Assembly: GCA_943355005.1 (NCBI GenBank)
Contig: CALRDV010000001.1
Location: 242,059 to 306,058 of the forward strand
Origin: Patescibacteria group bacterium
Lineage (GTDB): Bacteria > Patescibacteriota > Microgenomatia > UBA1400 > MFAQ01
Direction of reading: 5' to 3'
Length of the DNA: 64,000 bases
Part shown: positions 57,802 to 64,000 of the stretch, one piece after another
Numbering within the stretch: position 1 is the stretch's first letter
Layout: each line of letters opens with the position of its first letter
Position numbers and translations under genes: made by a program
Notes under the pieces: model-generated
Databases searched by the model: none
Seen by the model: only the letters and a program-made list of their open reading frames with translations
What the model was told of the DNA's origin: nothing

Positions 57802-60695
57802 CTGTAAATCCTCAAGGTAATATGAACTATTAAAGCTACTAGGATGACTCGATAAAAGGCTCCGGTGGCTGAGGCTGATGCCAGGAACAGGACTGTAAAC
57901 ACAAAAGCGTAAAAGAGTGGTGAGAGCATGGACAAGAAAGATTCAAACGCTCGAATAGATTTATTAATTCCCGTTGGTATCTTCGGATCCATAGGGAGAG
58001 ACATTCTTGCTACTTTCCTTTCCGGTTCCGTCACCGATACTTCCAGACCGGGAATATAAATATTTGAATAGACGGAATCTTCACTAATGGTAATTATTTT
58101 TGATGGGAAGTCATAGCTAAGTGCATCCGCCCTAATTCTGTATGTGTCCGGTTCCGGCTTTACATAATATCTTCCGGCGTTATCTGTAAAGTCTGTTGCT
58201 AGGTTTCCCGAGGGTGAGTAGAGGATTACATATGCTCCGGATATAGGTCTGTGATTGAGAGAATCAAAAACCAAACCATCACTACGGGGCTGGATAAACA
58301 TATCTCCGGCAAATAAAGCCAGTCCATTCGTCGCTAGTCTCTTTCCCCATTTACCCAAACCCTTCAAAAAGTTCAGAGGAAGACTCGCCAGACCTTTCCC
58401 CATCTCAGAATAAATAGCCAGAAAAGTTTTTAAAATCACAAAACCGGAAGTAGTTAAGCCAAAAGCAATATAAGCCAATAAAGAAATTCCGGAAACTTTG
58501 ACTCCGGTCTCAGAAATTTTCTCGGCTTTAAGAATCATCTTTGGTAGGGGGTTAGAAGCCATAAGAGTTCTCCAATCCACAGGAAGTCTGAGTTGTATCG
58601 TTTGTCCAGCCTTGACTTCTATCGAAGAGAAAGTAAAGGTGCTTACTCCGGTCGAAATTGTTATCTGGTAATTTCCATCAGCCAGATTTACCGAAAGTTG
58701 GCCGTTACTATTAGTTATTTCTCCAAAGATGTTATTAATTAAATTTGAGATTTGCTCAATCGGGTTTGCAGCCCGAATCTCCGATGTTGTGTCGGCTGAG
58801 ACACTCGTAATTAGCTCCGGAGCGCCCACTGTATTTACTTGAGTAGATGGAGGCAAGTTTGTAGTATCAAACGTAAGGCCTACTCCGCTTACAGGATTTC
58901 CATTTATATCCACAATCACTATATTAGTTCCGGATGGTAATGTGTTCGAATTTGTAGTGTCTGTGGGATCTATTGTTCCTGTGGTAGAAGGCACACTTGT
59001 TACCACCGGAACGTCTTGATCGGGAGTGGCAGTACCTGTTGGAGTAGTGATGTATGTTGGAGTAGGTGTCGAAGGGGAACTCGTAACGACAATGTTTCCG
59101 GATACAAACTTACTGTTAGACCATGGTCCCGGTACACAATCATTCATCGCCCTTACTCGAAAATAGTACTGGGTGTAAGGATCTAGACTATTTATAGTAT
59201 AGGAAATTGCTGTGCTGGACGAGCTTACGGGATGGATGACACTAAATATTTCCTGATTTTCCAAATAGCCGTAAGAAATATTGTATCCGGTGTAACTTCC
59301 TGCGATAGGGGAGAAGCTTAGTGCCACGCTTGTTCCATTTCTTGTCGCGCTATACAATTCCGGCGAGGAAATGGGAGTACTGGCGGTGCACCCGGGAGGT
59401 GGGGGGACAATGTCTGTTGGGATCTCCGTGCTTGTCGTAATGTCTGCTGTCGGAGTCGCAGTCGCTGTGGGTACGGCAGTGACAGTGAAGGAATAGCTGG
59501 GCAAAGTTCCTCCGGAATTTGTATTCGATTTGCTGTCTGTCGCCCGTATAGTCACGCTATGAGAAGCTAGTGTAAGTGGTGTTCCTACTGTACAAGTGAA
59601 AGTTTCGGACAGTTCATCAAAAGCTCCATCGTCGGCCACACAAGCGCTGTATGACCCACCATCTATCGCGTATTCTACATTTGTAAGTGTAGAGGTTGCA
59701 TCAGTCGCTGTACCGGAGAATGTCGGCGTCGTATCTGTCGTAGTATTTCCGGACAGGGGGTTTATCGTTACGGCAGCGTCTGTGGCATCAAAAGTTATTT
59801 TCAGAATTCTGGAATTATCTCCGACATACAGTGTGCCTGTGCCATAAAAACCCATGCCGTTAAAATAAGAATATGTAGGTGCGGAGGCATTGATATCTGC
59901 ACTTGTAATATTTTGTTGGAATGTTCCGCTTGCATTAAATATTTGAATCCGATTATTTCCTGAATCTGCTACAAAAATATTGCCCGTACTGTCTACCGCC
60001 ATAGCCTCCGGATAATTAAAAGCCCCACCATTTCCGGTTACCGTCATTATAAAAGTACCCGTGGGGCCAAACTTCTGGACTCTATTATTGCCGGAATCTA
60101 ATATGTATACATTGTCGCTTCCGTCTGTAGTTACAAACTGTGGTTGATTAAAGCTACCACCGGAACCCGTAATCGTATATTGGAAGGCTCCCGCAGAATT
60201 GTATTTCCATATATCATCAGCATCACCATTTCCATGAATATCAGCAACGTAAACATTTCCTGAAGTATCTACCGCGATAGTATATGCAGACGCAAACACC
60301 TTATCTCCCAAATTTGTACCTGTAATGGAAATTGGAGTTCCGGTATTGGTGTACTTAAATATCTTTCCTGTCGATTGATAATCCGCCACCAAAATATTTC
60401 CATCAAGGTCAACTGCCACTCCTAGTGCGCCCCATGGTCCAAAACTGGTTTGGAATGCTCCGGACGAGTTGTACTTTGCAATTCCATTTCCTCCGAAGCC
60501 TTGATATGCTCCTGCGTATACATTTCCACTCCCATCAGTATCAATCTGAACCACATAGTTAAGACCTGTGGTAAACGAGCTAATCGACAGAGGAGACCCA
60601 GCCCCACCCCAAGCAAAAACCTTGCTAATTGCATGCCCAAATACGAAAGTAAAAATAATTAATCCGACAAAAATCTTTTTCCAATGGCAGGTCAC
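57765..60695 (-). CDS. Large surface protein: signal peptide, NHL-repeat beta-propeller, Thr/Pro-rich linker, FN3-like domain, carboxypeptidase-regulatory-like domain, and a C-terminal multi-TM anchor
   Basis: Repeated NHL signatures (GNVYVAD, DSGNNRVQKF, DSGNNRIQIF), the FN3 pattern (YYFRVRAMN) and a hydrophobic C-terminus. Confidence 0.6.
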   Translation of the reverse strand: MTCHWKKIFVGLIIFTFVFGHAISKVFAWGGAGSPLSISSFTTGLNYVVQIDTDGSGNVYAGAYQGFGGNGIAKYNSSGAFQTSFGPWGALGVAVDLDGNILVADYQSTGKIFKYTNTGTPISITGTNLGDKVFASAYTIAVDTSGNVYVADIHGNGDADDIWKYNSAGAFQYTITGSGGSFNQPQFVTTDGSDNVYILDSGNNRVQKFGPTGTFIMTVTGNGGAFNYPEAMAVDSTGNIFVADSGNNRIQIFNASGTFQQNITSADINASAPTYSYFNGMGFYGTGTLYVGDNSRILKITFDATDAAVTINPLSGNTTTDTTPTFSGTATDATSTLTNVEYAIDGGSYSACVADDGAFDELSETFTCTVGTPLTLASHSVTIRATDSKSNTNSGGTLPSYSFTVTAVPTATATPTADITTSTEIPTDIVPPPPGCTASTPISSPELYSATRNGTSVALSFSPIAGSYTGYNISYGYLENQEIFSVIHPVSSSSTAISYTINSLDPYTQYYFRVRAMNDCVPGPWSNSKFVSGNIVVTSSPSTPTPTYITTPTGTATPDQDVPVVTSVPSTTGTIDPTDTTNSNTLPSGTNIVIVDINGNPVSGVGLTFDTTNLPPSTQVNTVGAPELITSVSADTTSEIRAANPIEQISNLINNIFGEITNSNGQLSVNLADGNYQITISTGVSTFTFSSIEVKAGQTIQLRLPVDWRTLMASNPLPKMILKAEKISETGVKVSGISLLAYIAFGLTTSGFVILKTFLAIYSEMGKGLASLPLNFLKGLGKWGKRLATNGLALFAGDMFIQPRSDGLVFDSLNHRPISGAYVILYSPSGNLATDFTDNAGRYYVKPEPDTYRIRADALSYDFPSKIITISEDSVYSNIYIPGLEVSVTEPERKVARMSLPMDPKIPTGINKSIRAFESFLSMLSPLFYAFVFTVLFLASASATGAFYRVILVALIVHITLRIYSYLHNVVVNRDA

Positions 60696-60722
60696 AATTC
60701 AGTTTAGCAATTACACTCCCTC

Positions 60723-60971
60723 TTGTATACTGTAACTATGAGGAAAATTACTTGGTTGATCCTGCTTTTTATCTTGATTACTTGGCTATCAATCTCTGCA
60801 TACTGGACCGGCACCGGGAGCTCACAAAAAATACCTCAGGAAAATCAAATCACAAGTACTCCGGCTCCCGAACCATCCGTTACTACACCGGAACTTCCAA
60901 TCTCCCCCTCGGCTACACCTTCATCAATTCCTACCGTCACTCCATCTGCCGGATCCAAACTAAAGTTTTAA
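60723..60971 (+). CDS. Small secreted Pro/Thr-rich protein
   Basis: A signal anchor and low complexity. Confidence 0.25.
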   Translation: MYTVTMRKITWLILLFILITWLSISAYWTGTGSSQKIPQENQITSTPAPEPSVTTPELPISPSATPSSIPTVTPSAGSKLKF

Positions 60972-61008
60972 ATATTTCGGAAAAAAGAAATACGAAGTAT
61001 ACTGAATT

Positions 61009-62886
61009 GTGAATGCAAAGAGTGGGCTAATAGGTTTATTTGTTTTAACTTTTTTTCTATCCGGTATTGGCATGGCTCTTTTGGTAGAGGATGACCGCAA
61101 TGATCTCTCTAGTCGCGCATCTATCGGTCTGGTAAGCAATTTATTGCCGGCCATGCCAGAAGAGAGATATCTTTCTTCGGGGAATTCCGTCGACATTAAA
61201 TACGGAGAAAAAGCAACTATCAACGTGAAGTTCAATCCCGTTTTGTGGGCACCTCCCAAGCAAGGAGATATGATTTTTTATCATCTCGGTCAGCCTGTCA
61301 CTTTTAGGATTATTCCCGGACGCGTCGATTTGATAAAACTTTCCAACATTCTTGGTCCGGACTTTACTTCTCCCAAATTCAACGAAAGTATCAAAACTCA
61401 AATTGGTCAATGGGTAATTCAGAGTTATTCCTACTCTTTTTTTGGTGCCACCAAGTTTGTAGATGTGTGGTCCGATTCTTTGGGCATTTCTCTCATTGCC
61501 GTTATGCCGGAAAAATCAGCCAGGAAGGATATTGAGGAGCTGGCAGCAGGGATTTCCATTAGTGAAACTCAAGTTAAGGGTCTGAGTACTATGGATGATT
61601 CCGCTCGCCTGGCTGCACAGGTAAGACCTTCCGTGGTTATGATTGTTGATAACTACTGTGCCGTCATCAAAACTCTAGAAAAGACTTATCCTTTTTGCCT
61701 TGCCCAAGCCGGTAGTGGTTTCTTTATAAACAAAAATGGCTATATAGCTACCAACGGGCATGTCGTTTCCAATCTTCCCGATACCACCATTCTCTTCGCT
61801 GTCGAATCTGGTTCTTTAGATAATTTTTTAATCGATTATTTTCAAGTATATTTAACTGTTATGACGGGAGCTCCGGTAGATCGTTCTGTGGTGGAGCAGA
61901 AAGTTAAGGATGCCCACAAAAACAAGGAGACTATTTATCAAATGGCTGCTTTGGTCCAGGATTTGTATAAGAAGAATCTCTTGACTATCGCGAACGCGGA
62001 GAGTCACTACTTTGTTCAGCTGGGGAATACTCCAATTCAAATTTCCAAGTCCGGAGTAAATATTGGAAAAGATATTTTGGTTGCCACCTTTATTGATGCC
62101 GATTATGCAGCACCGGACCCCATTAAGGGTTTTAATAGTTCCGACGTAGCCATATTAAAAGTCGAAGGCACTAACTACCCGGTTCTTCCTCTGGGTAAAA
62201 TTGATGATGTTAGCGTTGGCTCCGATGTCTTGGTAGTTGGTTATCCGGGCATAGTTATGGGAAGTAACAGCATGCTTTTGGATACATCGGCAAACGCGGA
62301 GCCTACTTTTACCAAAGGTGTTGTAAGTAGTTTTAAACAAGCCAAAGGAAATAAGAAGAATTTAATTCAGACAGACGCATCTATCAATCACGGAAATAGT
62401 GGGGGACCCGCCATATCCTCAAACGGTACCGTCATCGGCATTGCCACTTATGGATTAATACCGGAACAGGGAGTAGGCAATTACAACTTTCTTCGTGATA
62501 TTGCAGATCTCAAAGAACTTATGTCCAAAAATAAAATCTCTGAGACGGATAGTGAAACCTATACTGCCTGGAAAAATGGCCTCAACAATTATTGGGTTGC
62601 GTACTTTAAATACGCCAAAGGCGACTTTGATACTGTTTCCTCTCTTTACCCCACCCACCCCACTGTCGGCAAATACCTAAAAGAGACAACTGCCAAGACT
62701 GATTCAGTAGAAGATCAGACACCGGCTCTCTCTCGTACCCAGAGAAGACTCTATATCAATCTGTCCGGCGGAACCATGATTTTCTCCATCTTAATGGTAA
62801 TTATTATTTCCATTTTTAGTTTCATCGATTCCAAAAGGAGAAATGCTCCCATTAGTATCCCACCTCGTCCCATCCAAACCTTCTAA
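61009..62886 (+). CDS. Trypsin-like (S1/HtrA-type) serine protease with N- and C-terminal TM segments and no obvious PDZ domain
   Basis: TNGHVV (His), DVAILKV (Asp) and HGNSGGPAIS (Ser). Confidence 0.75.
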   Translation: MNAKSGLIGLFVLTFFLSGIGMALLVEDDRNDLSSRASIGLVSNLLPAMPEERYLSSGNSVDIKYGEKATINVKFNPVLWAPPKQGDMIFYHLGQPVTFRIIPGRVDLIKLSNILGPDFTSPKFNESIKTQIGQWVIQSYSYSFFGATKFVDVWSDSLGISLIAVMPEKSARKDIEELAAGISISETQVKGLSTMDDSARLAAQVRPSVVMIVDNYCAVIKTLEKTYPFCLAQAGSGFFINKNGYIATNGHVVSNLPDTTILFAVESGSLDNFLIDYFQVYLTVMTGAPVDRSVVEQKVKDAHKNKETIYQMAALVQDLYKKNLLTIANAESHYFVQLGNTPIQISKSGVNIGKDILVATFIDADYAAPDPIKGFNSSDVAILKVEGTNYPVLPLGKIDDVSVGSDVLVVGYPGIVMGSNSMLLDTSANAEPTFTKGVVSSFKQAKGNKKNLIQTDASINHGNSGGPAISSNGTVIGIATYGLIPEQGVGNYNFLRDIADLKELMSKNKISETDSETYTAWKNGLNNYWVAYFKYAKGDFDTVSSLYPTHPTVGKYLKETTAKTDSVEDQTPALSRTQRRLYINLSGGTMIFSILMVIIISIFSFIDSKRRNAPISIPPRPIQTF

Positions 62887-62888
62887 AT

Positions 62889-64000
62889 ATGAAAAACATT
62901 TTAATCTCAGGTGGCAGCGACGGGTTAGGGAAAGAAATAGCCAAGAAACTCTCTCCGGACAACAAGGTCATCATTCTTTCGCACAATCGGGAAAAATTGC
63001 TGTCGGTTTCCCAAGAACTTAAGTGTGATTTTGTCGAAGCCGATGTCACTGATTATTCTTCCGTAAGCACAGCCATAGAAACTGTTCTGAAAAAATATTC
63101 CAATATCGATGTTTTGGTAAACAATGCAGGAATTTGGACGGAAGGTGGATTGGAAGAAAATGAACCGGAAAAGATTAAAGAAATCCTTAATGTAAATACA
63201 CTTGGAACTATTTTTCTTTCCAAGGCAGTGATTCCGGCTATGAAGGCAAATAAGGGTGGACGGATAATAAATATCATTTCTCAAGACGGATTGAAATCCA
63301 AGAAGAATCGTTCTGTTTATTCGGCTTCCAAGTGGGCCATTACCGGCTTTACCAAATGCCTACAGGAAGATTTATCCGGCTTTCATATCGGAGTCACTGG
63401 TATCCATCCAGGCTTGATGAACACGACTCTCTTTGCTAAGCAGGGGATAAAAAGGGATTTAAGTAACTCACTTGAGCTGTCGGAGGTCGCTTCTCTCGTA
63501 GAATATGTTATAAACTTATCACCAGATACTTTCTTACCTGAAATTAGTATTAAAAATATAAACAATACAAACACTATGGATGACACATCAGCACCCAAAA
63601 CAAATTTAGATTTAAATCCGGATATGATGACGACTCAGACCAGTATTCCGGTGATAGATCCTCTTACTACGGTCGCCTCCAAATCTAGTGGGGTTATCGA
63701 TATTACTCCAGGAGTCTCAGACGCGAGTCATCCTTCAAAGGTTGAGGACATCACTCCCAAAGATTTTGGTCTAGGAGCTCCTAAGACTGAACCGGTTGTT
63801 TCCGCCCCCGCTCCAATTACTACAATTTCGGATGTCATCACTGATACAGCTGAGCCGGCAGGAATTATCGACATTACTCCCGGTGCTTCTAATACTACTA
63901 CTCAGGTAGTGACTCCGGTTGTTGGTACCGCAACAGCCGTTCCGGAAAATACCATTTCGGACACGGGAACTCACTTAGCCGACTTTGTTCCCTCAACTCC
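62889..64000 (+). CDS. SDR-family oxidoreductase (3'-partial) with a C-terminal Thr/Pro-rich repeat extension (IDITPG repeats)
   Basis: ISGGSDGLGKEIA (TGxxxGxG-like), NNAGI and YSASK. The frame is open to the window end and is absent from the ORF track. Confidence 0.75.
   Translation, partial: MKNILISGGSDGLGKEIAKKLSPDNKVIILSHNREKLLSVSQELKCDFVEADVTDYSSVSTAIETVLKKYSNIDVLVNNAGIWTEGGLEENEPEKIKEILNVNTLGTIFLSKAVIPAMKANKGGRIINIISQDGLKSKKNRSVYSASKWAITGFTKCLQEDLSGFHIGVTGIHPGLMNTTLFAKQGIKRDLSNSLELSEVASLVEYVINLSPDTFLPEISIKNINNTNTMDDTSAPKTNLDLNPDMMTTQTSIPVIDPLTTVASKSSGVIDITPGVSDASHPSKVEDITPKDFGLGAPKTEPVVSAPAPITTISDVITDTAEPAGIIDITPGASNTTTQVVTPVVGTATAVPENTISDTGTHLADFVPST

Noticed and set aside
1-64000. 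CRISPR arrays, rRNA genes and IS-element terminal inverted repeats.
   Set aside because: No evenly spaced direct repeats, rRNA-like conserved stretches or transposase ORFs were seen on reading the sequence. The only repeat families found are the 20-bp island motif and protein-coding low-complexity repeats (poly-Gly at 46916-46980; IDITPG repeats at 63640-63900).

Overview
The window is low-GC bacterial DNA and reads as four blocks. The gene content is compatible with an uncultivated, small-genome lineage such as CPR/Patescibacteria, but that is inference only.

(1) 1-10.4 kb is a defense island. It holds a translationally coupled operon encoding a Z1-domain ATPase (5'-truncated by the window edge), a DUF4420-type PD-(D/E)XK protein, an AIPR-family protein and a C5 cytosine DNA methyltransferase. 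A fifth gene follows, encoding an unknown N-terminal domain fused to an Mrr-like nuclease core. A DUF2779 nuclease-like gene and an unassigned ORF come next.

(2) 10.4-37.2 kb is a heavy-metal (Cu/Ag-type) homeostasis island of about 27 kb, almost entirely on the minus strand. It contains three P1B-type ATPases. One has DKTRT in place of DKTGT. One is a CopA with two HMA domains plus an extra transmembrane helix and a C-terminal domain. One carries a CPD transmembrane motif with an HMBD/Met-rich N-terminus. Also present are a CopZ, a fusion of an HMA domain, a DsbD_2-like membrane domain and two cupredoxin-like domains, and a standalone cupredoxin-like paralog. There are two DUF305 proteins, one followed by a DsrE-like gene and the other by a 32-aa free-standing HMBD mini-ORF. 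The island also holds DUF2933, three DsbA-like oxidoreductases, a CcdA/DsbD-like membrane protein, DUF1573 and SufS. Regulators are a BlaI/CopY-type repressor paired with a sensor-less M56 peptidase, an ArsR-family regulator, and an OmpR-type two-component system. A conserved 20-bp motif (ATTAAGAnnnnATGAAGAtt, with direct-repeat structure) recurs immediately upstream of five transcription units in the island, including the response-regulator gene.

(3) 37.2-44.4 kb carries remnants of an integrative or conjugative element. The genes are DUF2958-like, a Replic_Relax protein, an FtsK/HerA-type coupling-protein-like ATPase, a small ORF translationally coupled to a large serine recombinase, and the recombinase itself. 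The recombinase's 3' end overlaps a tRNA-Glu(CUC) gene on the opposite strand.

(4) 44.5-64 kb is mostly core genome: greA, a DUF2207 membrane protein, an HD-domain protein, serS (preceded by a structured leader ending in a terminator), a DacA-type D-Ala-D-Ala carboxypeptidase, secA, an NHL/FN3 surface protein, a trypsin-like protease, and an SDR oxidoreductase with a repeat-containing C-terminal tail that runs off the window.

I found no rRNA and no CRISPR array.
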